Shown: positions 9,878 through 20,776 of the stretch, in pieces | Layout: each line of letters begins with the position of its first letter | How positions within the stretch are numbered: position 1 is the first letter of the stretch | DNA from: a virus | Reading direction: 5' to 3' (one strand) | DNA: 64,000 bases | Virus record (IMG/VR): IMGVR_UViG_3300028384_000991 | Location: 32,001-96,000 of that record | Program-made: the position numbers and the translations under genes | Notes under the pieces: model-generated | What the model saw: only the letters and a program-made list of their open reading frames with translations | Told to the model about the DNA's origin: nothing | Databases searched by the model: none

Positions 9878-11979
9878 TGGCATATCAGATTAATAAAACT
9901 AACGGAGATTTGTTAGTAGAATTAGTTGACGGACAACTTAATACACAAACAACTGACATTTCACTGATTGGTAGAAATTATTCTGGCTTTGGTGAAAGCA
10001 TCAACGAAAACTTCGTTAAGATGTTAGAAAACTTCACTAACACACAAGCACCTGCAAATCCTCTTACTGGTCAATTATGGTACGACAGCGGAGAAGCAAG
10101 ATTAAAAATCTGGAATGGTACAAATTTTAAAAGTGCAGGCGGACCTATTGTAAGTCCTACACAACCGCAATTAGTATCAGGCGATCTTTGGATTGATAAT
10201 CAAAACAACAAATTATATTTTTATGATGGAACTGATTTGGTTCTTGTTGGACCGCAGTATGCAAGTTCGGAAGGACTATCTGGTTTTTCAACAGAAACAG
10301 TTCTTGATACAACACAAACAAACAGAACACTTGTAAACTTAAATGTAGGTGGACAAACTGAAGCAGTAATTTCAAGAATTAGATTTACACCTGATGCAAG
10401 TAATCCTATTAATGGCATTACTGGTGCTGTAGAAAAAGGTATTAATGTACTTAACGATGATTTTAAATTCCACGGTACAGCAACATCTGCAGATACAATT
10501 ATTAACGCACAAGGTGTTAAGAAAAATGCATCTCAATTTTTACCTACAGACGCCAATGGTGTAACCAACGGTACAATTACTACAATTAACAACGGTGGTA
10601 TTACAGTAGGTCCTGAAGATAATATTGTTATAAAAATTGATTCAAATCAAACAGTAATTGCTAACCAAGTAAGAGATAGAAATCTTACATTTAAAGTTAG
10701 ACAAGCAGGCGGCGAAGCAAGTGCAATTAAAGTACAAACACAACAAGGGTATCTTGGAATATTTAATGACAATCCAACAGCAACTCTTGATGTAGGCGGC
10801 GATGTTAAAATCAGCGGTAACTTAACAATTACAGGTGAAACTTTTCAAACAGATACAGAAAATTTACGTATCCAAGATAAAAATATTGAACTTGCAATTT
10901 CATCAGATAGTACACTTTTAACTGACGCACAAGTAGATGATGCAGGTATTATTGTTAGAGCAACTCCGAGCAATAAAGAAATATTATGGAAGCAAACAAC
11001 AAATGCATTTACTTCAAATGTATTTTGGGATTCTACACAAGGTTACAAACTTAACGGCAACACAGTATTAAGTGGAACAAGTTTAAGTTATGTAACAAGT
11101 GCTCCTGATATGCAAACACTTGGAACACTTACAAATCTTAATGTCGATAATGTAAACATTGATGCACAAAAAGTTTCTTCAACTGTTGGTAACTTGCAAC
11201 TTGAAAGTACTTCAGGCGAAATTGAAGTTTTAAGTTCAAATAGAATTACAGGTTTAGGTACGCCTACATCGGGTAGTGATGCGGCAAACAAAGATTATGT
11301 AGATAGTGCAATTGACAGTGAAGGTGTTGTGATGGCACTTAACATTACAGGATTAGGATATGATCCAGTGCAAAACGGAGGCGCAACTTTTGCTTCTAAC
11401 ATTACAACATTACTTGAAGAAATTGTACCAGCAAATACAAAACGAAATGGTACTATTGCAAAAATTCATGCAACAGACCAAACAGGTGCTTCTGCAACAC
11501 TTTCAGCGGCAGATTTAAATACTGCTCTTGAAGAAAGCACAGTATCAGTAGATAAAACTGTTACAGTAGCAACAAGAACAATTACAAGCGTGACAACTGG
11601 TGCAACAACTATTTTAACATTAGATGCTGTACACGGATATGATGCAGGACGTAACGTGGTAATAGCAGGAGCAACATATAATACAGGAACAGCGTGGGCT
11701 AATTTAAACGGAACATGGAATATTGAACGTATTGTTAGTTCAACGCAAATAGAAGTATCAGCAGACACAAGTACAGATGGTGCGTTTGCGTATGATGCTT
11801 CAAGTGGTACTACAGAAAGGGTCACCGAAACAGGTCAAGAAAACGAAGACGTACTAAAAGACGTTGAATTTACTGATGTAACCGGTGCTGTAACACTAAC
11901 AGTGAACAGATATGTCCTAACTTGTACTGTAACAGGAGGTGCTTGGACTTATACCAGCGGAGCAAGTTCTGCGGTATAA
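9877..11979 (+). CDS. Tail fibre-like structural protein, 700 aa
   Basis: MAYQINKTNG...ENFVKMLENF...GQLWYD paralogous N-terminus; DAANKDYVD fibre motif; Thr/Gly-rich. Confidence 0.7.
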   Translation: MAYQINKTNGDLLVELVDGQLNTQTTDISLIGRNYSGFGESINENFVKMLENFTNTQAPANPLTGQLWYDSGEARLKIWNGTNFKSAGGPIVSPTQPQLVSGDLWIDNQNNKLYFYDGTDLVLVGPQYASSEGLSGFSTETVLDTTQTNRTLVNLNVGGQTEAVISRIRFTPDASNPINGITGAVEKGINVLNDDFKFHGTATSADTIINAQGVKKNASQFLPTDANGVTNGTITTINNGGITVGPEDNIVIKIDSNQTVIANQVRDRNLTFKVRQAGGEASAIKVQTQQGYLGIFNDNPTATLDVGGDVKISGNLTITGETFQTDTENLRIQDKNIELAISSDSTLLTDAQVDDAGIIVRATPSNKEILWKQTTNAFTSNVFWDSTQGYKLNGNTVLSGTSLSYVTSAPDMQTLGTLTNLNVDNVNIDAQKVSSTVGNLQLESTSGEIEVLSSNRITGLGTPTSGSDAANKDYVDSAIDSEGVVMALNITGLGYDPVQNGGATFASNITTLLEEIVPANTKRNGTIAKIHATDQTGASATLSAADLNTALEESTVSVDKTVTVATRTITSVTTGATTILTLDAVHGYDAGRNVVIAGATYNTGTAWANLNGTWNIERIVSSTQIEVSADTSTDGAFAYDASSGTTERVTETGQENEDVLKDVEFTDVTGAVTLTVNRYVLTCTVTGGAWTYTSGASSAV

Positions 11980-11982
11980 CGA

Positions 11983-11988
11983 TAAATA
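11983..11988 (+). promoter_or_regulatory. T4-type late promoter core TAAATA
   Basis: GATAAATAC in the 33-nt gap before 12013. Confidence 0.6.
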
Positions 11989-12012
11989 CATACAATAAAG
12001 GGGTTATTAACT

Positions 12013-13491
12013 ATGGCATATATTATTAATAGAACTGATGGGTCACAAATTGCAGTAGTAGAAGACGGTACCGTCGATCAAACTACTGATTTGAAACTTG
12101 TTGGTAAAAACTATGCTGGTTATGGTGAAATCCAAAACGAAAATTTCGTACACTTACTTGAAAACTTTGCAAGTGCTAATTCACCATCCAGAGCAATTAG
12201 AGGTCAAATTTGGTTTGATTCAGGTGTAAGCAAACTAAAATTTTATGACGGTACAAAATTTAGAACAACAGGCGGGGCTGAAGTAAGTTCTACACAACCA
12301 TCAGGTTTAACTGAAGGTGATTTTTGGTGGGATAATTCAAACAACCAACTGTATGCAAACACTGGTGCAGGCTTTGTACTGATTGGTCCACAATCACAAG
12401 GTGATACAGTTACATCGTTTGTAACAGACACTATTAGAGATATTGCAAACGTTCAAAGAACAGTCATTAAAGGTACAGTAAATGATGAAGTAGTTGTTGT
12501 ACTTTCATCGTCAGACTTTACGATTGACTCATCCGACCCTGATAATGCCATAACAGGATTTGATGTCATTCACCAAGGTATGACCCTAAAGAATACAACC
12601 AATGCACAGCAAGGTGTTACATCAACTGGACACAGGTGGTGGGGTACTGCTACTAACTCAGAAAAACTTGGCGGCAGAGCGGCAAGTGAATACGTTGTAA
12701 GTATTCCAGGACAAGAATCAACATTTACAGAAATTGTTAGATTCTCAGATGCAGGTTTTACTGTAGGTGCTTCAAACGATTTACGTGTTGCTATTGAGAA
12801 TGACAATCAAGCAGTAATTTCAAATGAAGTTGGTACAGTAATTAGATTCAAAGTTGATAATGCACAAGCACAATCAACAGAGCCAGTACAAATCAAAGCA
12901 GAAGGAATTGTACCTGGTGCAAACAATACATATGATATTGGTACAAATGCTAATAAGTTTAGAGACATTTATGCTACACTGTTTAATGGAACTGCAACAG
13001 CGGCAAACGCCTTAGTAGTTGGTTCAAACAATAGAACAGCAAGTACAAGTGCTACTAACGATACTGTAGCAGTTAGAGATAGTTCGGGTAACATCAATGC
13101 TAACTTGTTCAACGGTACTGCAACAACTGCACGTTATGCTGACTTAGCAGAAAAATATACCACAGACGATGACTATCCTACAGGTACAGTTATGACAGTA
13201 AGTGCAAATGATGATGCTGAAACAACATATTGTGATATTGACGGTATGCCAATTGGTGTTATATCAGCAAAACCAGCGGTACTTATGAATGCTGAAGCAG
13301 AAGGACAAGCGATTGCACTTAAAGGTCGTGTTCCTCTCAGAGTTGTAGGTCCTGTAGCAAAAGGTGATAAATTATATGTAGGAGTGAACGGTACAGCACA
13401 AAAAGCCAATGAAGGTGAATTAGTAGGTGTTGCACTTGAATCAAACGACAGACATGAAGAAAAACTTGTTGAAGTCGTATTAAAAGTATAA
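12013..13491 (+). CDS. Tail fibre-like protein with C-terminal chaperone/peptidase-G2-like domain, 492 aa
   Basis: Same N-terminal module; C-terminal ARYADLAEKY...IGVIS..PA..MN...IALKGRVP...KGD domain typical of fibre ends. Confidence 0.7.
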   Translation: MAYIINRTDGSQIAVVEDGTVDQTTDLKLVGKNYAGYGEIQNENFVHLLENFASANSPSRAIRGQIWFDSGVSKLKFYDGTKFRTTGGAEVSSTQPSGLTEGDFWWDNSNNQLYANTGAGFVLIGPQSQGDTVTSFVTDTIRDIANVQRTVIKGTVNDEVVVVLSSSDFTIDSSDPDNAITGFDVIHQGMTLKNTTNAQQGVTSTGHRWWGTATNSEKLGGRAASEYVVSIPGQESTFTEIVRFSDAGFTVGASNDLRVAIENDNQAVISNEVGTVIRFKVDNAQAQSTEPVQIKAEGIVPGANNTYDIGTNANKFRDIYATLFNGTATAANALVVGSNNRTASTSATNDTVAVRDSSGNINANLFNGTATTARYADLAEKYTTDDDYPTGTVMTVSANDDAETTYCDIDGMPIGVISAKPAVLMNAEAEGQAIALKGRVPLRVVGPVAKGDKLYVGVNGTAQKANEGELVGVALESNDRHEEKLVEVVLKV

Positions 13492-13503
13492 AGGAAGTAG
13501 AAT

Positions 13504-14436
13504 ATGGCAATCATTACCGCGGCAAGATACAACGATTTACAAGCAAAGGTTGCTAACGTTTTAGGTAACGGTAGTGGACAGTTCGGATACGGACAAACAC
13601 TTGTAAGTTCACAGGTAGCGGCAGAAACAATTATTGACTCACAGCATATGTCAGACTTATACACTGACATCATCAATGCAAGAGTTCATCAAGTAGGTAG
13701 TGTGCCACAATCACTTGCAACTATTTCCGCAGGTCAAGTAATTGAAGAAGACGGAACCGATACAGGAACCAACAGAGGTGTTATCCAATACGAAGATATG
13801 GCTGACACACTTGAAACAGACAAAGATTTAATTTACACTGCTGATACTTCACAAAGCACTATTACAGCACTTAAGACAAGTTCACAAAGAACAACTTCTT
13901 GGGCAGGTGTTATTGATCATGTTGTAACAGTGACTTTTGCAAGTGCAGATGCACGTAGACACTTTTTTAATGCAGGTGGTGAAATTAGATTTACAGCAGA
14001 TTTAGATCCTTCAGCATCAAACGGTAAAAACAACGACTGGAATAATTTATTGGCCGCTATGGGTACAGCAAAGTTTAAATCCAACGGTTGTGCATCAGAT
14101 GGTTCTGCTCCGGGAACTGATTTAGGTATTGGTAACTTTGATCTTACAGATACATATCAAACAATATTCCAAAAAGACGGTAGCGGTGTATATGCAGAAA
14201 ACGATTACAACATTGCCGCAAAAGAAAACAGTTCATCAATAATCCAATTTAGAATTCAATTTAGAGATGATGATGTAGGTGATGATGCCGGCGATTCAAA
14301 CAACGACGGTGCTATCAATCCAATCGATGAAAGTGTAACAGGTACTTTGGACAGTATTGTAGGTGAAAGACTTCCTACAGGTACAAGAGTATCACTTCCA
14401 TCACCAACTTTTGCAACCACAAACAATCTAACATAA
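13504..14436 (+). CDS. Virion structural protein, 310 aa
   Basis: Last gene of the structural run; FGYGQ and RHFFNAGGEIR motifs; Thr/Asp/Gly-rich. Confidence 0.55.
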   Translation: MAIITAARYNDLQAKVANVLGNGSGQFGYGQTLVSSQVAAETIIDSQHMSDLYTDIINARVHQVGSVPQSLATISAGQVIEEDGTDTGTNRGVIQYEDMADTLETDKDLIYTADTSQSTITALKTSSQRTTSWAGVIDHVVTVTFASADARRHFFNAGGEIRFTADLDPSASNGKNNDWNNLLAAMGTAKFKSNGCASDGSAPGTDLGIGNFDLTDTYQTIFQKDGSGVYAENDYNIAAKENSSSIIQFRIQFRDDDVGDDAGDSNNDGAINPIDESVTGTLDSIVGERLPTGTRVSLPSPTFATTNNLT

Positions 14437-14448
14437 TAATCTACATAG

Positions 14449-14454
14449 TAAATA
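14449..14454 (+). promoter_or_regulatory. Late promoter core TAAATA, near-leaderless
   Basis: TAAATA 7 nt before ATG 14462, no SD. Confidence 0.6.
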
Positions 14455-14461
14455 CTTTACT

Positions 14462-14803
14462 ATGGACGAGAAACTTCAAAAAGCCTTAGAGTTTGGCAAT
14501 TACAGCACGACTCTTGAAAATCAAAAGCGTATGTTACACGAAAAGTTTGTAACAGATACTATCTATTTTCATTCAGGTGGTCAATTTACAATTAACAAAG
14601 AACTAATAAACTTTGTTTTTATGTTACAACAAACAGGTCAAGACACATCTGTTATTGTTGATGATAACAATATTCCTATTGAAGTCGATGTAAATCAGTT
14701 TTTAGAAAATATATCAGATAAATTTTTCACAGCATCTAACGAATATCATACAGCATTTAAGAAGTTACAAACAAGTAGGTCGGTAGACGGTTTAACAGAA
14801 TGA
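14462..14803 (+). CDS. Hypothetical protein, 113 aa (first gene of the enzyme island)
   Basis: ORF with ATGA overlap to the next gene. Confidence 0.7.
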   Translation: MDEKLQKALEFGNYSTTLENQKRMLHEKFVTDTIYFHSGGQFTINKELINFVFMLQQTGQDTSVIVDDNNIPIEVDVNQFLENISDKFFTASNEYHTAFKKLQTSRSVDGLTE

Positions 14804-15621
14804 CATCTGGTGTATTATTATTTGCATATAACAACGAACAGATAGATTATGTTGCACAGGCTTGCTTTTTAGCAAAGCGTATCAAGCAATATATGAATCT
14901 ACCAACAACTCTTGTTACAGACGATAAAGAGCGTGTTCTAAAATTCTATAACGGTGCAGAAGTATTTGATCAAATTATTACATCCGACATTATTCGTAAA
15001 AATAAAAAAACATATCATGATGGAAGTTTATCAAAAAAGGTATTAGACTTTAAAAATTTCAATAGAAGTGATGCATATGATCTTACTCCGTATGACAAAA
15101 CACTAATTATGGATACGGATTATATTATTTCAAATAGTCTATTAGCAAATTGCTTTGATAGTGCAAATGATCTAATGATGTATTCGACTTGTATGGATAT
15201 ATCAGGTTGGAGAGATGAGGATGAATTTCATTATATTAGTGAAACAAGTATAAAATTTTATTGGGCAACTTGTGTTTACTTTACAAAAAATAAAAGAAAC
15301 AAAGCATTCTTTGATTTTGTAAAACACATCAAAGAAAACTATCAGCATTATAGAAACTTATACCAAATAACAAGCACAGTATTTAGAAACGATTATGCAT
15401 TTAGTATTGCGGCTCACGTATTAGGTCATGTAAAAGAACTTCCAGGTACTATGATCTATAGCACACACAAAGATATATTACAAAATATACACAATGACGA
15501 AATAAAGTTACTTGTAGAAAAGTATGATAGGGTTGGTGAGTATACATTATTAAAATCTACCGGCTTAAATGTACACGTTATGAATAAGTTTAGTTTGAAT
15601 AGGGAAATGATCAATGCCTAA
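14800..15621 (+). CDS. GT-A fold glycosyltransferase-like protein
   Basis: YDLTPYDKTLIMDTDY DxD motif; FRNDYAFSIA. Confidence 0.65.
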   Translation: MTSGVLLFAYNNEQIDYVAQACFLAKRIKQYMNLPTTLVTDDKERVLKFYNGAEVFDQIITSDIIRKNKKTYHDGSLSKKVLDFKNFNRSDAYDLTPYDKTLIMDTDYIISNSLLANCFDSANDLMMYSTCMDISGWRDEDEFHYISETSIKFYWATCVYFTKNKRNKAFFDFVKHIKENYQHYRNLYQITSTVFRNDYAFSIAAHVLGHVKELPGTMIYSTHKDILQNIHNDEIKLLVEKYDRVGEYTLLKSTGLNVHVMNKFSLNREMINA

Positions 15622-16447
15622 TTTTACATTTCTTGCACAAAACAATGACCAAGATAATTATATACGCCAAGCAGAATTGTTGGCAATGAGTATTCGCCAG
15701 TCAAATCCTGACAGTAAGATTTGTTTAATAACAAATGAAGATACCGAATGGATCAAAGAACATCTGTTTGATGACATTGTACCTATTCCGTGGGAAGATA
15801 AAGCAGACGAACACAAATGGAAGGTACAAAATAGATGGAAAATTTATCATGCTTGTCCGTACGATGAAACTTTTGTATTAGATACTGATATGTTAGTGTT
15901 ACATGATTTAACTAATTGGTGGAAACTAATGCAAAATTATGAAGTATTTTACACAACAAATGTTACAGATTATAAACAATGTAAACTAAACACAACATAT
16001 TATAGAAAAATGTTTATTCAAAATGATTTACCAGACATTTATGTAGCATTACACTATTTTAAAAAATCAGACTTTGCAAAAAAGTTCTATACTTGCTTAG
16101 AAGAAGTAATGAAGAACTGGGAATACTATTATGAAAAGTATGCTCCTAAAAAAATGCAAAAATTTTTAAGTGTTGATGTGTGTACAGCAATTACTATTAG
16201 GGTATTAGGGGTTGAAGATAAAGTAACTAACACTGTAACACCGTTTCCTACTTTTGTACACATGAAACCTTATGCACAACCTTGGAAAACACAAACTAAA
16301 AAATGGCAGGATAGAATTACTTGTTTTGTAAATGATGATAAACAAATGCGTGTTGGCGGACATTTACAAAATACTGTTTTTCATTATACTGAAAAAGACT
16401 TTACGGAGAAATTTTATGACAGATTCAATTATACAGTTTCCTGTTAA
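15614..16447 (+). CDS. GT-A fold glycosyltransferase-like protein (paralog of 14800)
   Basis: ACPYDETFVLDTDML DxD motif; FVHMK. Confidence 0.65.
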   Translation: MPNFTFLAQNNDQDNYIRQAELLAMSIRQSNPDSKICLITNEDTEWIKEHLFDDIVPIPWEDKADEHKWKVQNRWKIYHACPYDETFVLDTDMLVLHDLTNWWKLMQNYEVFYTTNVTDYKQCKLNTTYYRKMFIQNDLPDIYVALHYFKKSDFAKKFYTCLEEVMKNWEYYYEKYAPKKMQKFLSVDVCTAITIRVLGVEDKVTNTVTPFPTFVHMKPYAQPWKTQTKKWQDRITCFVNDDKQMRVGGHLQNTVFHYTEKDFTEKFYDRFNYTVSC

Positions 16448-16979
16448 GGCTACAAAATTAAAAGAACATAGTTCAATCAAGCAAGAATTATTAAATGAAA
16501 TAAATTCAACTACACTTGTTGAAAATATCTTTGGACCTAATAATAATATTACGCGATGCGATTGGGGACCAGGAAGGTACAACCCAGATAGAGCATGGTT
16601 AAAATGTTTACAGTTTCCTTTGAATGAACACTTGAAACAATGGAGTAAAGGATTTAATTACGAAACATTTACAATTCATGAAATTTGGTTTCAGCAGTAT
16701 GCAAAAGAAGCAAAACATTCATGGCACGTGCATGGTTGTAACTTTACAAGTGTATATTACTTAGACTTACCCGAAGATACTCCTAAGACACAATGGTTAG
16801 ATCCTATAACTGGACAAGAATGTGACTTTGAGGTTAGCGAAGGCGATATTATTACTTTTCCGAGTTGGACAATTCATAGAGCGCCAGTAAATGAAACTGA
16901 CAAAATTAAAACAATTATATCATGGAATATGGATGTAGATATAAGTGATTACTTTAGGACAGAAAATGATCAAAGATAA
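16416..16979 (+). CDS. 2OG-Fe(II) oxygenase-like protein (HxH type)
   Basis: WFQQY...HSWHVH...SVYY...FPSWTIHRA; start moved to ATG 16416 (GGAG SD). Confidence 0.7.
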   Translation: MTDSIIQFPVKATKLKEHSSIKQELLNEINSTTLVENIFGPNNNITRCDWGPGRYNPDRAWLKCLQFPLNEHLKQWSKGFNYETFTIHEIWFQQYAKEAKHSWHVHGCNFTSVYYLDLPEDTPKTQWLDPITGQECDFEVSEGDIITFPSWTIHRAPVNETDKIKTIISWNMDVDISDYFRTENDQR

Positions 16980-17520
16980 CGTAGCAACATATGTAGAGTT
17001 TGATCCTAAGTCGGGAGATTTGCTTAGTATCACAAGTTATCCTAATACAGAAAATTATATTGAAGTAGAATGGGATAAGGTTGAAGGTCTTGCAAATGGC
17101 GGAGAAAAATTTAAACACTATAAAGTTGTTTTTAATACAACATCTTTGATGTATGAACTTGTTAACGTGTATGAGCAAACACATTTTGAATACAATGTTA
17201 ATAACAGTATGTATAAATTACATAAAAATACAAATGCAGACATAATTTTATGTAAAAATTACATAAAACAGCAATGGGAAATTAAGTTTGGTAAATTGTT
17301 TGAAAAAACATTAAAAGCCAACAACGTTACACTAAATTCTGTCAAAGATTTTAGTATTGTTAAGAAAAACGATCCGTTTGTTTTGTATAGAGCATTAAAA
17401 TTTAATATGAGTTCTGATAATTTAGTCTTGCAATTTAACGATAGTGATGCTATAATGGACTTTGATGTTTATACAAATAAAATGTTCAATAGTTATGGAG
17501 TAGAAGTTGTCAAAGATTAA
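16966..17520 (+). CDS. Hypothetical protein
   Basis: ORF in operon; AGGA SD before ATG 16966. Confidence 0.6.
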   Translation: MIKDNVATYVEFDPKSGDLLSITSYPNTENYIEVEWDKVEGLANGGEKFKHYKVVFNTTSLMYELVNVYEQTHFEYNVNNSMYKLHKNTNADIILCKNYIKQQWEIKFGKLFEKTLKANNVTLNSVKDFSIVKKNDPFVLYRALKFNMSSDNLVLQFNDSDAIMDFDVYTNKMFNSYGVEVVKD

Positions 17521-18394
17521 AATACAAGATGTTGATATTATTTTCTTAAGTTATGACGAACCTAATGCTGAAGAAAATTGGGCAGATCTACAACGTAAAA
17601 TTCCGTGGGCAAAGAGAGTACATGGTGTAGAAGGTTCAGACGCCGCACACAAAGCCTGTGCAGACTTGTCAGAAACAAAACACTTTGTTACAGTAGACGG
17701 TGATACTATTGTAGACCCTAAGTTTATGCAAGTAGAATTAGATTTAGACAAATTAAATGTTGATGACGATTATCAATTCAGTTGGTGCGGAAAAATTGAA
17801 GCAAACGGACTTATGTATGGCAACGGCAGTTTAAAAATGTGGACAAAAGATTTTGTCAAGAATATGAAAACACATGAAAACACTGACGGCACCGATGAAA
17901 CAAGTATTGAATTTTGTTACTTTGACAACTATTATCAATTAAATGAAAACTACAGTACAAGTATTATTACTTCAACACCACAACAAGCCTGGAGAGCAGG
18001 ATTCCGTGAAGGTGTTAAGATGTCATTGGATAGAGGAAAGCCTGTAGAAGATATTAATACACTATGGTGGCAGAATAAACATAGATTATATATTTGGCAA
18101 ATGGTAGGTTGTGATATTCCAAATGGTATTTGGGCAGTATATGGTGCTCGCCTTGGTACATATATGAATATGTGTACAGAATGGGATCATACACAAACAA
18201 GAGATTTTACATATCTAAACAATCTATGGAAAGAACACGAAAGCATAGATGTTGCAGAAGAATGTAAAGAGTTAGGAAAAAAATTAATTAACGAATTAGA
18301 TTTGCCTATTGCTGTAGTGCCATTTGATAAATTACAAAGTGAATTTTTTAAAACTGTTTATCTAAACAGTGATAGAGTGATTAGACGTAAATGA
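17507..18394 (+). CDS. GT2-like glycosyltransferase
   Basis: DIIFLSYDEPNA...AHKACA...FVTVDGD (DxD); paralog of 26434; TTG start with GGAG SD. Confidence 0.6.
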   Translation: MSKIKIQDVDIIFLSYDEPNAEENWADLQRKIPWAKRVHGVEGSDAAHKACADLSETKHFVTVDGDTIVDPKFMQVELDLDKLNVDDDYQFSWCGKIEANGLMYGNGSLKMWTKDFVKNMKTHENTDGTDETSIEFCYFDNYYQLNENYSTSIITSTPQQAWRAGFREGVKMSLDRGKPVEDINTLWWQNKHRLYIWQMVGCDIPNGIWAVYGARLGTYMNMCTEWDHTQTRDFTYLNNLWKEHESIDVAEECKELGKKLINELDLPIAVVPFDKLQSEFFKTVYLNSDRVIRRK

Positions 18395-19770
18395 GCGAAG
18401 TAGATAGAATCAAGCAAATTATGCCTGAGATTGATAAAATCTCTCCTACGTTCTGCTTGGCTAAATGGCATCATGTTACTATCTATTTGCAAACAGGTGA
18501 AACACACAGTTGTTATCATCCAGCGCCTCATAAGATTCCGTTAGAAGGATTAATTGATAATCCAAGTCAGTTACATAACACTCCGCAAAAAAAGCAAGAA
18601 CGTAAACAAATGCTTGACGGAGAAAAACCAAGCGGTTGTCAATACTGTTGGAATATTGAATGTATGGGCAAAGACTATGTAAGCGACAGGCATATTAAAA
18701 CAGCAAGTATATATAGGCCAGATCGCATAGAAGAAATTACCAGTAACCCGTGGGATTATGATATCAACCCCGAGTATATTGAAGTAAACTTTAGTAACGA
18801 ATGTAATTTTAAGTGTGGTTACTGTCATCCTAAGTTTAGTACAAGTTACTTTAACGAAATTAAAAAGCACGGACCATATACTAAAAGCACAGCACATCGT
18901 AATGATATTGATTGGTTTGAATTGTATGAAGAAAGTGCAAACCCTTATGTAGACGCATGGTGGAAATGGTGGCCTGAAGTTTCCAAGACTCTTAATATTT
19001 TAAGAATTACAGGAGGTGAGCCTTTAATGCATAAGAGTACTTGGAGGCTTTTTGACGAACTTGAAAACAATCCTAAGCCTCATATCCAAATAGAACTTAA
19101 CAGTAATATGGGTGTAAAAGATAAACTTGTTAAAAAACTTGTCGAGCGTATTAAGTTACTAAAAGAAAAAAATTGTATTAGAAGTTTTAAATTGTATACA
19201 AGTATTGATACTTGGGGACCTCGTGCAAGTTATACACGTAGAGGACTTGACTTAGGATTATGGGAACGTAACCTTGATTATTATCTTAAAAATCTTGGTT
19301 ATCCTGTAACATTTATGATTACGTTTAATTTATTTGCAGTTACAAGTTTTGATAGGCTACTTAAAAAGATTTTAGAATGGCGCAGTAAGTATAACAAAAA
19401 TAATTTAACACAATGGCAAAATATTAGATTTGATACTCCGTATTTAAAAGAGCCAATCCAATTTGATATGAATATACTTCCTAAAGAAAAATTTATGCCT
19501 TATATGGAAAAGCATTTAAAATTTATTGCAGAAAATGTAGATGATGCAGATAAAACAAAATTTAGTCTGTTAGAGTATGAGCGTTTTCGTAGAGTAGTTG
19601 ATTATATGAGAACTACAGAATACAATGATGAAAAATTACTTGACGGCCATAAAAATTTTTATAATTGGTTTACAGAGTATGATAAACGTAGTAATACTAA
19701 CATAACTGAAATATTTCCTGAGTTAGAAGATTTTTATATTAGTTGTAAATCTAAAGTACTACCTGATTAG
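18391..19770 (+). CDS. Radical SAM protein with N-terminal Cys-rich auxiliary domain
   Basis: CNFKCGYC, TGGEP; N-terminal CLAKW..SCYH..GCQYC. Confidence 0.85.
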   Translation: MSEVDRIKQIMPEIDKISPTFCLAKWHHVTIYLQTGETHSCYHPAPHKIPLEGLIDNPSQLHNTPQKKQERKQMLDGEKPSGCQYCWNIECMGKDYVSDRHIKTASIYRPDRIEEITSNPWDYDINPEYIEVNFSNECNFKCGYCHPKFSTSYFNEIKKHGPYTKSTAHRNDIDWFELYEESANPYVDAWWKWWPEVSKTLNILRITGGEPLMHKSTWRLFDELENNPKPHIQIELNSNMGVKDKLVKKLVERIKLLKEKNCIRSFKLYTSIDTWGPRASYTRRGLDLGLWERNLDYYLKNLGYPVTFMITFNLFAVTSFDRLLKKILEWRSKYNKNNLTQWQNIRFDTPYLKEPIQFDMNILPKEKFMPYMEKHLKFIAENVDDADKTKFSLLEYERFRRVVDYMRTTEYNDEKLLDGHKNFYNWFTEYDKRSNTNITEIFPELEDFYISCKSKVLPD

Positions 19771-20776
19771 TATAGATTTTATAAGCGAGTTTTTGATTGT
19801 GTTCTAATATTTCATTCATCTCTTCAAGCATTATTTTACAATCATCAATACTTAACATTTTAATACTGTCTAACAAATGGCGTATCTTATTCATACGCTT
19901 AGTATGATCTTCTTCAGTATCGTAACTTTCGTCCCATGTAAATGTTTTAAATCCTAACTTGCGTATATACTCTAATGTATAAGGTGGTGCAACACATATG
20001 AAAGGGCGTTTGTGTATCATTGCATTTACAGTTTTTTCGCTGAAGTTTCCTGTAGGTTGATAAAAACGTGTTTCGTTAGCAACTACACAAAAACTTTTTT
20101 CATAGTATGTAGACAAACTACCTGGACCATTATTTTCTCCTTCAGGCCATTTTTTATGTGCCGGATCTATACTTTTTAATTGTGTATCAATACTTAACGG
20201 TGGTTCGGCAAATGCCCAACTATAATAACCCGGAGTGTCTTGTAGGTGTTCTATAATTAACCGTCTATGCAAACTATATCGCCAATTGGGACATATAAAA
20301 TGTTTCTCAATATTATTTCGTACAGTAATACTTCCGCCATTAAATTGATTACGCAAAAATATATCAAAGCATTTAAGTGTAAACGGGTAATCTGTAATAT
20401 GTTTTTCTACATTATAATCACACGTATATACAGTTATATTTGCATTTAGTTTTTTTGAAAATTCTTCTATGCTATCTAATTCGTCAGCACGTAGTTTTTC
20501 TCCGCCTTTGAATTCTGAGAAAAATTGTCTATTGTGTGTGGTTCCTTCTTGGTATAAACTTAATGGCTCGTATAAAAATATATCTAAAGTTTTTAATTTA
20601 CTAATTAATTTTTTAGATAAAGGAATGCTACTAAAGTCTATCTTATTTGTTCCTGTAAAAATAATATAAGGTCTGTTAGGCTTCCAATGTCTAAACAATT
20701 CATGAAACATTTTTCCACGTTTATCACGAATTGCTTTGATTGGTAGATTACCCCAGAAGATATCTTGTTTGAACAT
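19751..20776 (-). CDS. Putative GT-B-like glycosyltransferase
   Basis: C-terminal ET...FSEKT..AMIHKRPF...LGFKTF..DESYD signature; paralog of 23518. Confidence 0.5.
   Translation of the reverse strand: MFKQDIFWGNLPIKAIRDKRGKMFHELFRHWKPNRPYIIFTGTNKIDFSSIPLSKKLISKLKTLDIFLYEPLSLYQEGTTHNRQFFSEFKGGEKLRADELDSIEEFSKKLNANITVYTCDYNVEKHITDYPFTLKCFDIFLRNQFNGGSITVRNNIEKHFICPNWRYSLHRRLIIEHLQDTPGYYSWAFAEPPLSIDTQLKSIDPAHKKWPEGENNGPGSLSTYYEKSFCVVANETRFYQPTGNFSEKTVNAMIHKRPFICVAPPYTLEYIRKLGFKTFTWDESYDTEEDHTKRMNKIRHLLDSIKMLSIDDCKIMLEEMNEILEHNQKLAYKIYTNQVVL

Noticed and set aside
172-13676. Long antisense ORFs over structural genes (e.g. 4141-4533, 8413-9042, 13173-13676)
   Set aside because: In-register antisense shadows of strongly biased genes; no SD or promoter context
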